From assembly GCF_900095855.1 (NCBI RefSeq), contig NZ_FMIY01000002.1, positions 153,322-177,321 on the forward strand: a stretch of DNA of 24,000 nt. The letters are read 5' to 3'. A model generated the notes under the pieces. The model saw only the letters and a program-made list of their open reading frames with translations. It was not told where the DNA came from and did not search any database. How positions within the stretch are numbered: the first letter of the stretch is position 1; every line of letters begins with the position of its first letter. The translations under genes were made by a program, and so were the position numbers. Of this stretch, positions 1-9,403 are shown in pieces. This DNA comes from Colibacter massiliensis. Lineage in GTDB: Bacteria > Bacillota > Negativicutes > Veillonellales > Megasphaeraceae.

Positions 1-173
1 CGGTCCTGCCGCCGGTGACAAAATTGGCCGAATTCTCCCATACTGTCGCCGTCGCCGTAGTGAAATGCGCCGTCGAGACCGGCATGGCCGGCAAGAACGT
101 CACAGATGCCGATGCCGTCGTAAACGACTTGAAGTGGTACCCTGCGTATGAACAGAATAGTATAGAAGAATAG
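1..173 (+). CDS. NAD(P)-dependent malic enzyme, C-terminal fragment (5' truncated by window)
   Basis: Frame 3 reads VLPPVTKLAEFSHTVAVAVVKCAVETGMAGKNVTDADAVVNDLKWYPAYEQNSIEE*, matching the typical malic enzyme C-terminus (LPPxT..SxxVAVAVxKxAxExGxA..W.P.Y); stop TAG at 171-173. Confidence 0.7.
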   Translation, partial: VLPPVTKLAEFSHTVAVAVVKCAVETGMAGKNVTDADAVVNDLKWYPAYEQNSIEE

Positions 174-186
174 AAAATCGCAAAAA

Positions 187-214
187 ACCGGAGCTTCCAA
201 AGCCCCGGCTTTTT
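187..214 (+). terminator. Intrinsic terminator after malic enzyme
   Basis: ACCGGAGCTT-cca-AAGCCCCGGCTTTTT imperfect stem followed by a T run. Confidence 0.6.
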
Positions 215-303
215 ATGCGTCTATAAGAGATAAATGTATTTTTTAAACACATAGAAAAGTATCTTTTATGCAAAAAACGCATTGAATTTCTCATAATTTT
301 TGT

Positions 304-334
304 CCGATTGGATTATTTTCGGTCCGAATGGAGT
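304..334. promoter_or_regulatory. Direct repeat GTCCGATTGGA / GTCCGAATGGA, 20 bp apart, upstream of the receptor gene
   Basis: GTCCGATTGGA at 304-314 and GTCCGAATGGA at 324-334 (1 mismatch); the palindrome TTCGGTCCGAA at 320-330 overlaps the second copy. Confidence 0.35.
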
Positions 335-457
335 GGAAAGGACAATAGGTCTCAGATATTATAAAAATAATGATATTTATACTCAATATAATATATAAAT
401 AGCGTATGTTCGGAATGGAATAAGTATATCAAAGACATGAGGGAGGCGAACGAAAGT

Positions 458-3400
458 ATGAAGTATCACGCCAACAGGAAGACGAAGTATCTTCTCCTGC
501 AGTGTGCCGTCCTGACCTGGCTGGCCCTGCCCGTCTGTGCGGCGGACAGTCCTGTAGGGGGGACACCCACGTTACGACAGGGGACATAGTCGTAGCGGCC
601 GATGCGGCTAAGGAAGCGGCAAAGTATGAGTCCCAGAGCACGACGATCATCACCAAGGAGGACATTGCCGCCAAGCAGGCCAAATCCGTCGAAGACATCA
701 TTTTCAACGAAGTCGGCGTGACCCGGACGGTCGACGCCATGGGGCGCGTAGGCGTATCCGTTCGCGGTGCGGAGCCGCGGCACACGCTGATTCTCGTCGA
801 CGGTCAGCCCGTCATGGGTGATTTTGCCAAATATTACGGTGCTGCCGACGAATTACAGCGGCTGGGGACGGAAAATGTGGAGCGCATCGAGATCATCCGT
901 GGTGCGGCGTCCGCCAAATACGGAGCCGACGCCATCGGCGGCGTTATCAACGTCGTGACCCGGCAGCCGTCGAAGCGGGCGGGGTTGCAGGTCAATGCCG
1001 AAGGGCGGCGGGAAAAAGGAAACGGCGATCTTTTCCCGTATTCCAATTTCTTCCTGCGGGCCGATTCGGGGCAAATGGGAAAATTCCGTATCAGCGCCTA
1101 CGGCACCAAACGGGATATCATGCCTATTTACGCGTCGGAAAAAATGACTCATTCCGCCTCCTCCGAGATCTTTTACGGCGGTACGGCGGCGACTATCAAA
1201 AATTCGCTCCGGTATTACGGTGATACGTCCGACATCGGTCTGTCCGCAAGCTACAATGTAGACGATCACAACACGATAAATCTCAGGGCGAACCGCTATA
1301 CGGAAGACCTGGAGCGCTATGTCAAGCATACGGATTCTGTATTTGAACCGCTGCAGTACTTCAAACGGAAGCTGGACCGCAATACGTACAATGTGTCCTG
1401 GCAGGGGAACAACCGGGGCGGTACGGATTGGGATGTGGAATTCAACTATTCACGCATGAACGAGGATGACGTTGCCTTGAGCAGTGATTATGCGAAATCC
1501 GTTTATGAAGGAAAGAACACCTTGGAATACGTGGATGATATCGATCATCGCCAATATGATTTCAAGGCGACGGCCAACACGCAGGTCAATGACCGGCATC
1601 TGTTGACCTACGGTGTCGGCTATACCTATGAAAAAGGAAGCGGCAGCCGCCTGAAAAATGCGCCGCATACCTATATGCGCCACATCGATCCGTGGGATTA
1701 CGACAAGAGTCTGCAGATCGACGAAAAGACGGGAAAACCCGGTTCCAACATACATTATTATAAATGGAAGCGCAATGCGGCCGGTCAACTCGAATGGGAC
1801 TATAACTATGAAAAATACGGCAGCAGCACGAACACGCCGGAACTCACCGAGGAAGAATTTGATCTCATCAGGGATCCGAACACCAATTAACTTTCCTATA
1901 CAAAACTGGGAGAGCACATGGAGTTGTTCCCCAAAGTGCAGGCCTTCGGCAATCGACTGATGGCAGAAGCCGAGAACCAGGGGAATCCGAATGTCGGTAA
2001 TATGTTCAACGCCGTCGAAAATTACTATACCACGAAGACCGTCTATTTCAACGGCAAGACCTTTGAGCAGGGATATCGGGAGCGCACGAATCAACAAATC
2101 ATCGGCGAGGCATCCATCCGCAAGGAGCATATATTCATCCAAGACACATGGCAGGTGAACAAGGATACGCTTTTCATGCCGATCGTGCGCCTTGATCACA
2201 GCAGTCTTTTCGGTTCTCATGTAACGGCCAATCTGGGCATGACGCGTAATGTGAAGGGCAACGTCCACCGCCGCTTGAAGGCCAATATCGGCACGGGCTA
2301 TACGGAGCCGGGCATGGGTGAGCTTTACTATAACTGGGAGATGTACGGCGGCAATCCGGTCGGCTACGGGATTTTGGATATGAATACCAAGGCTTACGGC
2401 GGCCTGGCACGGCTGGGCTGGTATTGGGAGGGGAATCCCGATCTTAAGCCGGAGAAATCGGTCAACTTCGATATTTCCCTTGAAGGGGAAAACAAGAATA
2501 CCTATGCCAAGGCCGGTCTTTTTTATAACCGCATCAACAATTATATGACGACCTATTTTACAGGAACCCTTATGGATTTTTCTCCTTATATCAACGAGTC
2601 TACTCCGGCAGGGCAGGACAAATGGATGTATGCGCCCGATATGATCTACAGCTTTAAGAATATCGGCCGTGCGGAGATAGGCGGCATAGAACTGGAAGCG
2701 GAGCAAAAGCTGGGCCGCCGCTGGAAGGCAAAGCTCGGGTATACGTACCTCCATGCAATCAACAAGAGCGATCCCGATATGCCGCGGCAGCTCCTCGACA
2801 AACCGCAGCATAAAATCGATATCGGCTTGACGTATACGGACGAGAAGAGCGGCTGGAGCGGCTCGATTTGGGGCAATTACTATATCCATATGCTGGACAG
2901 CAACAGCCTGGCAGGCAGCGGCAATTATATGTATTCCCGCATTGATCCCAATGATGCGGGGAAATCGATTATCGGCTACCGGTTTGCCGATAAGAAAAAA
3001 CAGCGCTATGAAAAAAAGACCTTCAGCCTCTGGAATATTATGCTTCAAAAGAAATTCGATAAAGATTCCTTTGTCTATTTCGGTATCGACAATATCTTCA
3101 ATCACTGCGATGACGACCGGGCTTTCGGCGGGCGCGTCTACCGCTTCGGCGTAAATATGAAATTCGGCTATCAGCCGCCGAAGGAAGGAGAACCGCAAAG
3201 CACCGTATCACCGTCAGCGGCAGGGACGGAAAAAACGACGGAGCCGCTCCGCAAAGACGGCAGCGGGCAGAAGCCTATGGCAGATACGGTGGCAAAGCAG
3301 GATGATTTCTTCATTACCAAACCCTTTGATACTGCTAAAAAACGGGGTGTCGAAGTGATCGGCGATTACCGGGCGCGCTGGAACAGTCACGGCGGTACGA

Positions 3401-5292
3401 ACCGTCCGGCAGCGACGGCCTCGGCGACGACGGATATCAGTGATGCCGCAAAGAATATGTTGGATCGTTCCGAGCACGGGTTTGAACAGCGGCTGCGGCT
3501 GGGGATCAACGCCCGTATAGGCGACAACACGAATCTGACACTTATAGGCAGCGCCTCGGGTGCAGGCGGCGTGGATACGGCCCATGAAATTTCCTCTTCC
3601 AAGGGGCTGAATCATCAGCGGCTGGAACGGGTTGATATAACGCAGCATGTGAAGAAATGGGACTTTTCTATCGGCCGGCTTAAAGAGTTCATGGGCGTGA
3701 CGGGGTACTGGTTCGGCAAGGAATTCGACGGCGCCCGTGCCGTCTGGACGAGCGGCCGCAGTCAGGTGCGTATCGGCTACGGTGATTTCGGTCATAGCAC
3801 GGGGATTGTTGATTCACCGTATACGCGGGCCACGCGTGAGCTTTTCTACCGTGCTCCGACCGTGGACGAGTTCCTCGGGCTGAAGAGCGACGCAGGGAAC
3901 AATCCCGCGGGCGAAGAAATCGTGCCGAATGCGGGCAATATGGTCAATTTCTACTAGCAGCTGAAGAATGCCGCGACGGTAGAGGAACAGTACGCCATCA
4001 TCCGTCGGATGCTCAGTCTCGCCAAGGCTTCCTACGGAGAGAAGTTTATCTATGATATGTTCACTCAAACACCGGGCGGACGGGAAAGTTACGACGCCTA
4101 TTCTCCCAGCATTCCCGGCGTATCAAGTCTTTCGTATTCGTATAAAGATGCGCACGGCACGGTGCACCACCGTACCATCGGCAATGTTCCGTCGGAGCAG
4201 ATGGAGGGGCTTCTGACGAAAGAGGAAAAAACGTCATGGAACGATGCCACACCGCTTGAGTGTGACGGCACGGCCTATCGGAACACGTGGTGGAACAAGA
4301 ACGGCGGCACATTGGCCGACAGACTTGCGCGCCTCGCACAGTCAAAACTCGGTGCGGGCGAAACGTTCCAAGGTTTTGACCAAGACCTCAAGACAGAGTT
4401 TATGAAGCAAAATGATACACGTACACAAAGACCCCAGATAGCGACAGACGGCGGCAATGGTGTCATTCCGCTTCCGCAAAGGGCAAAGGTTCCGTATCCC
4501 GTGGCACGATATTTTGAGAAAATCGCCAATGCGTTGCGCTTGGAAACGGAGGACGGCAGCCGTTTGCCGCGTAAGGGATTGGAAGCCGTATTGGGCAAGA
4601 TCGTGCCTGTAAACGGCACTGTTTTGCGGCGCGATACGGTGCCGTCTATTGACCGGGCTTTCTTTATCCAGGCCAGACACGAGCTAACGCCGAACGTCGG
4701 CCTTGCCGTCTGGTATCTGCGCTCCGTCAATGACGATACGCATACCTATGCCGCCGCGCACGGGACGGGCAACGATATCGAGGAGTTCGATCATCTTGCC
4801 AATGTCATCGGCATCGGCGCGAAGTGGCGCTTCGGCCCGAATGCGTCCGTTTCCGTCGACTGGGGTCAGAACCGCACGGATCTCGGCCGCTATCTGAACG
4901 GCCACACGCGGTACAGCCACACGAACGGCATGTCCGACTTCACCATGCTGGGCCGCGCCCGCGGCGGTACGCCCCGGTTCTGGACGATCCGCTTCGATAT
5001 CGGCCATGCCGATACGGATAGGCCCGGCAGCTGGAATGCCTTTGCGGACTATAAGTACTTCCAGCACGGTTCCTTCTTCGGCGGCAACGGCACGGAGGGC
5101 GTACCGGACAGATACATGGACGGCATCAAGTCCTTCACCGTCGGGGCAGGCTACGTGCCGGCGAAGGATTTCCTCATCAAGGCGTTCTACACCTTCGACG
5201 CCAAAGGCATCGGCAAGCGCGATACCCTCTACGGGCCGGAAAGCTTCAAGATCGGCGACTACACGCGCATCCAGGCGACGTATAAATTTTAA
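458..5292 (+). pseudogene. TonB-dependent receptor fused to a second C-terminal porin-like beta-barrel; interrupted by one frameshift and two in-frame stops
   Basis: Start ATG 458 with SD GGGAGG gives signal peptide MKYHANRKTKYLLLQCAVLTWLALPVCAADSPVGG in frame 2. The frame is lost in a G6 tract (about 556-562) and continues in frame 1: GDIVVAADAAKEAAKYESQSTTIITKEDI..VEDIIF..GVTRTVD..GRVGVSVRGAEPRHTLILVDGQPV..VERIEIIRGAASAKYGADAIGGVINVVTR (TonB plug). In-frame TAA at 1888-1890 and TAG at 3955-3957 with homology-like sequence continuing in the same frame. First barrel ends near VYRFGVNMKFGYQPP (about 3180); second barrel from VEVIGDYRARW.. to terminal ..RIQATYKF* at 5292. Confidence 0.85.
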
Positions 5293-5373
5293 AATTCTTA
5301 CTTGTATATAGGGCAGCGTATTTCTCCCCCATATAACGCTGTCAGTCAAAGCGGGCAGGTACGCCATACCGAA

Positions 5374-5395
5374 ACAGGCAGGCGTGCCTGCCTGT
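5374..5395. repeat. Perfect 10-bp inverted repeat ACAGGCAGGC-gt-GCCTGCCTGT
   Basis: Direct reading; located in the gap between the receptor gene and the next gene; no clear T run follows. Confidence 0.6.
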
Positions 5396-5422
5396 GTTGA
5401 CGTTCAATATATATTTGAAAAA

Positions 5423-5466
5423 GTTTACAATCTGTTTAGAAAATCGTTAACTTTTCTTTTTATACT
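5423..5466 (+). promoter_or_regulatory. PhoP-box-like GTTTA direct repeats plus -10 TATACT upstream of the glycosyltransferase
   Basis: GTTTA 5423-5427, GTTTA 5434-5438 (11-bp period), GTTAAC 5446-5451, TATACT 5461-5466. Confidence 0.5.
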
Positions 5467-5498
5467 TACGCAGAGTAAATATAAAAGGGGAGTTAAGG

Positions 5499-6977
5499 AT
5501 GGCAGCAGAACGACAAAAAGAACATACGGGTTTTTCGGAACGGCGGATACTTTTCGGCTTGGCTCTGTTTTGTGCAATCTTGTATTTCAGCGGTATCGGG
5601 CAAATGGCCGTAACCGATCCGGTCGAGGTCAATTATACGGAAACGGCCAAGGAAATGTTGGCCGCCGGAGATTGGCTGTCACCGCGCATATACGGGCAGT
5701 ACTGGTATGATAAGCCCGTGTTCTTCTACTGGGAACTGATGGCGGCTTTTAAGCTTTTCGGCATTACGGACTTTGCGGCCCGCTTCTTTCCGGCTCTTTT
5801 TGCAACAATCGGCGTGTATATGACGTACTTTTTCGGCAAGTATCTCTATAATGCCGAAACAGGTGCGACGGCGGCAGTTATTTTGGGGACGTCTCTCGAA
5901 TATTGGTATATCGGTCATGCGGTCATTACGGACATGACCCTGGCAGTTTGCATGTCTGCAAGTATTATGCTCTTTTATGTGGCCTATGCCGAAGACAAGC
6001 CGCTGTTGTTATACGGTGCCTTTGCCACGGCCGGGATAGCCGTTTTGACGAAAGGCCCTGTCGGCTTTCTCTTGCCGGGATTAATTCTTTTTGTATTTCT
6101 TTTTCTGCAGCGGCGGCTGAAGTTTCTCATAAATCCGCACATATGCGGCGGCTTTGCTTTATTTCTTCTTATCGTCTCCTTCTGGTATGTGCCTATGTAT
6201 CAATTGCACGGACAGGCGTTTATCGACACCTTTCTCGGGACGCACAACCTGCTGCGAGCGACCGTTGCGGAGCATCCGAAGAATAATGTATTCTATTATT
6301 ATTTGCTCATTTGGGCGGCGGGATTTTTCCCGTGGAGTCTCTTCTGTTTACCCGGGGCGGTACATTGCCTGCGGCAAAAAAGACTTTCCTTGCCGACAGG
6401 AGACGCGGAACGGCTCCTTGTTCTTTGGGGTGCCGTCGTAGTTCTCGTTTTCCAGTGTATGGCATCTAAATACCTGACTTATACATTCCCTTATATGATG
6501 CCGCTTGCCGTCGGAGCGGCACCGTACGTGCGCCGTCATCTGCGGCCTTACGGCAAAGCGGTTTTGGTCGGTATGAGCGTTTTTTACATCGGTGCGGCGT
6601 TTATGATAGCACCCCGGGAGACGAAATGTGCTTCCGGAAAAGAGGCGGTGCCGCTGCTGCAGTCCTTGTGTGATGAAAACACGGATATTGTCAGTTACGG
6701 TATCCGCTATCCGGCGACACTCGTATATTATGCGGATTTACCGGTCAGACGGCTGGAAACGCGGAAAGACATAGAAAAATGCAAGCCCCGCAGTATGACC
6801 TGGACGGATACGAACGCCATGCCCTTTATGGCCGTTGAAGACTTGCGGCCCGACAGGAATGTCCTGGTCATTACGGATATACAGCACCCGGAGCAGGTGC
6901 AGCGCGGCTTGCCGGGAATGTGGCGAGAGGTAGGTGCCGCAGGCCGCTTCGCTTTTTATAAGAGAATAGAACCGTAA
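5499..6977 (+). CDS. ArnT/PMT-family membrane glycosyltransferase (492 aa)
   Basis: MAAERQKEHTGF..GIGQMAVTDPVEVNYTETAKEMLAAGDWLSPRIYGQYWYDKPVFFYWELMAAFKLFGITDFAARFFPALFATIG.. is the classic GT83/ArnT-like N-terminus; multiple hydrophobic segments; SD GGGGAG. Confidence 0.9.
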   Translation: MAAERQKEHTGFSERRILFGLALFCAILYFSGIGQMAVTDPVEVNYTETAKEMLAAGDWLSPRIYGQYWYDKPVFFYWELMAAFKLFGITDFAARFFPALFATIGVYMTYFFGKYLYNAETGATAAVILGTSLEYWYIGHAVITDMTLAVCMSASIMLFYVAYAEDKPLLLYGAFATAGIAVLTKGPVGFLLPGLILFVFLFLQRRLKFLINPHICGGFALFLLIVSFWYVPMYQLHGQAFIDTFLGTHNLLRATVAEHPKNNVFYYYLLIWAAGFFPWSLFCLPGAVHCLRQKRLSLPTGDAERLLVLWGAVVVLVFQCMASKYLTYTFPYMMPLAVGAAPYVRRHLRPYGKAVLVGMSVFYIGAAFMIAPRETKCASGKEAVPLLQSLCDENTDIVSYGIRYPATLVYYADLPVRRLETRKDIEKCKPRSMTWTDTNAMPFMAVEDLRPDRNVLVITDIQHPEQVQRGLPGMWREVGAAGRFAFYKRIEP

Positions 6978-7017
6978 TAAAAGGACACCTATGATACACA
7001 TAGGTGTCCTTTTATTA
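6975..7017. terminator. Bidirectional terminator between convergent genes, 19-bp perfect stem
   Basis: TAATAAAAGGACACCTATG-ATACA-CATAGGTGTCCTTTTATTA; the left arm includes the stop codon of the glycosyltransferase. Confidence 0.92.
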
Positions 7018-7030
7018 CGAGCTGTTATTT

Positions 7031-7750
7031 TTACCGGAAGCGATAGCCGGCGCCCCAAACCGTTTCAATGTAAATCGGCTTGGACGGCTCCGGTTCTATC
7101 TTTTCACGGAGCCGGTTAATATGTACCATGACGGTTGCCGTATCGCCGACGGCATCAAAGCCCCAGACCCGTTCGAACAATGTATCCTTGCTGAAAACGA
7201 TGCCCCTGTTCTTGGCCAGAAAGAGAAGCAGTTCGAATTCTTTATTTGCCAATGTAATTTCCCTTTCTGCGACGAAGACGCGATGCTCTTCCGGCCGGAT
7301 CTCCAGATCACCGCTGCGGAGGGAGGTCGTCTTCGTGCCGCCGTTCTTCCCGGTCAGGCGCTCATACCGTGTGAGATGTGCCTTGACGCGGGCTACGAGC
7401 TCGCCGGGACTGAAAGGCTTGATAATATAGTCATCGGCACCGAGGCCGAGGCCCCGAATTTTGTCGACGTCTTCACGCCGTGCCGATACCATGAGAATGG
7501 GGATATCCTTTTCTTTGCGTACTTCACGGACGATTTGAAAACCGTCCGCGCCGGGCAGCATGACATCGAGGAGAAGCAGGTCATAGGCTTCTTTTTGCGC
7601 CAACTCCAGTCCCTTTGTGCCGTCTGCGGCAATATGAGCCGCAAAGCCGTCAGCTTCCAAATAATCCCGTTCCAATTCGGCGATCGCCGTATCGTCTTCT
7701 ACAATCAATATCTTTTTCATCTTAGTGCTCCTTATCAAGCGGTAAATCAA
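7031..7750 (-). CDS. OmpR-family response regulator (239 aa)
   Basis: MKKILIVEDDTAIAELERDYLEADGF..DLLLLDVMLPGADGF..KDIPILMVSAR..GADDYIIKPFSPGELVARVKAH.. plus C-terminal winged helix (LTNKEFELLLFLAKNRG..FSKDTLFERVWGF..ATVMVHINRLREKIE..ETVWGAGYRF). Confidence 0.96.
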   Translation of the reverse strand: MIYRLIRSTKMKKILIVEDDTAIAELERDYLEADGFAAHIAADGTKGLELAQKEAYDLLLLDVMLPGADGFQIVREVRKEKDIPILMVSARREDVDKIRGLGLGADDYIIKPFSPGELVARVKAHLTRYERLTGKNGGTKTTSLRSGDLEIRPEEHRVFVAEREITLANKEFELLLFLAKNRGIVFSKDTLFERVWGFDAVGDTATVMVHINRLREKIEPEPSKPIYIETVWGAGYRFR

Positions 7751-9212
7751 TGATAATGGTCAGACCGCCGCCGGCAGCGGATTCGGCGCGGATCGTGCCG
7801 TTCATGGCAAGGATAATCTGTCTGACAATGGCCAGTCCCAGGCCGCTTCCTTTTCGGACGTTGCTCCGTGCCGGATCGGTACGGTAAAAGCTGTCGAAGA
7901 GTTTCGGCAAATCGGTTTCATTGACGCCGGGGCCGTTATCGGCAAAGGAAATAAAAAGCCGCTCTCCCCGGGAATACAGGCTGATCTCCATAGTACCCCG
8001 GTTTTTGTCCATATATTTGACGGCATTGCCGAAAATATTATCAATAACACGCTGAAACTGCATTCTGTCGATCTGTATAAATGTATCTTTTTTCAAACCG
8101 CTCGTATTCAAGGTCAGGTCCAGGCCTTTTTCGGCATAGAAAGGGCGTTGTTCAGTCGTAAAATCAATGAAATAGTCACGAATGTTCACTCTTTCAAGAT
8201 GGAAGGGAACGCGTCCCCAATCGAGCTTGGAAAAGAGGAAAAGGCTGTCCACCAGGGATTCCAGAATATCGGCACTCTGGTAGATTTGTTCCGTGTAATG
8301 ACGTTGTTTTTCGGGAGTATTGGCGATGCCGTCAAGGATACCGCCGGCATATCCTTTCAGTGCAGTGAGCGGTGTTGACAGATCGTGGGATATCCCGGCA
8401 ATCAGTTCCTTGCGGTTTTTTTCGTATTTTTCCCGTTCATCCTGCGACCGTTTCAATTCCTGCCGCATCAGCTCAAAGTCTTGGCAGGCCCTGCCGAATT
8501 CATCGCGCGCTTCAATTTCTACGGGTACGTCCAGGTTACCCTTGCGGACTTCGGCTGCCGCCTTTTGCAGCGACGAGAGCGGTTCCAGGATCTGTCGTGA
8601 CAGGAGCCGGGACAGATAACGTCCCAGCGCGACGATCAAGATGACGGCTATGGCCAGGAGAGCATATAAAGCCGTTTCCCAAAGCTCTTTCATATCATTG
8701 CCGGGGATCATGTCCTTGGCCAGGAAAGGGACGGCTCCCGAAGCCATGACGACGGTGCGGCTTCGAGGTGACATGTAAGAGAAGGTAAAACCTTCGTCGT
8801 CCCAGACCATAACGGACGGGTTGGAGCCGTATTTGTGAAGGATACGTTCCGCAACGGCGGTGCTGTTTGCATTGGGAGAAGCGTAATAGATTTTGTCGTC
8901 CTGAGTGACGACGACGTCGATTCCCAGCGCTTCCAGGAGGCGGCATGCTTCTATAAAATTTTTTATTTTGGGAGGCCCCTTGCGTTCCGCCTTGACGCGA
9001 AGTGAGCTGACGGCATATTGAACCGTCAGGGCCGAGCCTTTTTCCGGCCATAGAGCCGTAAGTATATCCTGTTGTGCCGTACCGGAGAAGCGAAGCGCCG
9101 CCAGGAGAAGGCCGCCGATCAGCATGAGTAAGCATACGGGCACGGCGACCATCATAAAGTTGGCTAAAAAGAGGCGCTTCCGTACGGAAAAATCACGTAA
9201 TCGTATGTTCAT
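7722..9212 (-). CDS. Sensor histidine kinase (two TM segments, HAMP, HisKA, HATPase)
   Basis: MNIRLRDFSVRKRLFLANFMMVAVPVCLLMLIGG..; HAMP region; H-box AGISHDLSTPLTALKGYAGGILDG; N/G boxes IDNIFGNAVKYM.. FADNGPGV.. GSGLGLAIVRQII. Start placed at ATG 9212 rather than 9260; overlaps the response regulator start by 29 nt. Confidence 0.93.
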   Translation of the reverse strand: MNIRLRDFSVRKRLFLANFMMVAVPVCLLMLIGGLLLAALRFSGTAQQDILTALWPEKGSALTVQYAVSSLRVKAERKGPPKIKNFIEACRLLEALGIDVVVTQDDKIYYASPNANSTAVAERILHKYGSNPSVMVWDDEGFTFSYMSPRSRTVVMASGAVPFLAKDMIPGNDMKELWETALYALLAIAVILIVALGRYLSRLLSRQILEPLSSLQKAAAEVRKGNLDVPVEIEARDEFGRACQDFELMRQELKRSQDEREKYEKNRKELIAGISHDLSTPLTALKGYAGGILDGIANTPEKQRHYTEQIYQSADILESLVDSLFLFSKLDWGRVPFHLERVNIRDYFIDFTTEQRPFYAEKGLDLTLNTSGLKKDTFIQIDRMQFQRVIDNIFGNAVKYMDKNRGTMEISLYSRGERLFISFADNGPGVNETDLPKLFDSFYRTDPARSNVRKGSGLGLAIVRQIILAMNGTIRAESAAGGGLTIIIDLPLDKEH

Positions 9213-9317
9213 ACTGCACCTTCTTTCACTTTTATTTCTTGTATTTATTATATAATACAACCTTTATAGATACCCGCACAGAGACAAATGAAATTATTAT
9301 GAATTATTTTATTTCCC

Positions 9318-9350
9318 GTTTATTTTTTGTTTAATCCTTTTGAATATACT
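9318..9350 (+). promoter_or_regulatory. PhoP-box-like GTTTA direct repeat plus -10 TATACT upstream of the PepSY gene
   Basis: GTTTA 9318-9322, GTTTA 9329-9333 (11-bp period), TATACT 9345-9350, 11 nt between the second half-site and the -10. Confidence 0.5.
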
Positions 9351-9403
9351 GAGACCATCAAAAGTTTACAAATGTAGCCCGAAGGGCTGAAGGAGGTAAT
9401 ATC

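Noticed and set aside
181-457. Cobalamin or other known riboswitch in the receptor leader
   Set aside because: I looked for a cobalamin box (GCCACTG-like) and a conserved multi-helix layout and saw neither, only AT-rich sequence and short repeats.
1450-3198. 582-aa minus-strand ORF antisense to the receptor
   Set aside because: Shadow ORF: the plus strand encodes a clear TonB receptor; the minus translation shows no recognisable domain and is explained by GC-rich codon bias.
7004-7753. 249-aa plus-strand ORF antisense to the response regulator
   Set aside because: Minus strand encodes an unambiguous OmpR-family regulator; the plus ORF is a shadow frame.
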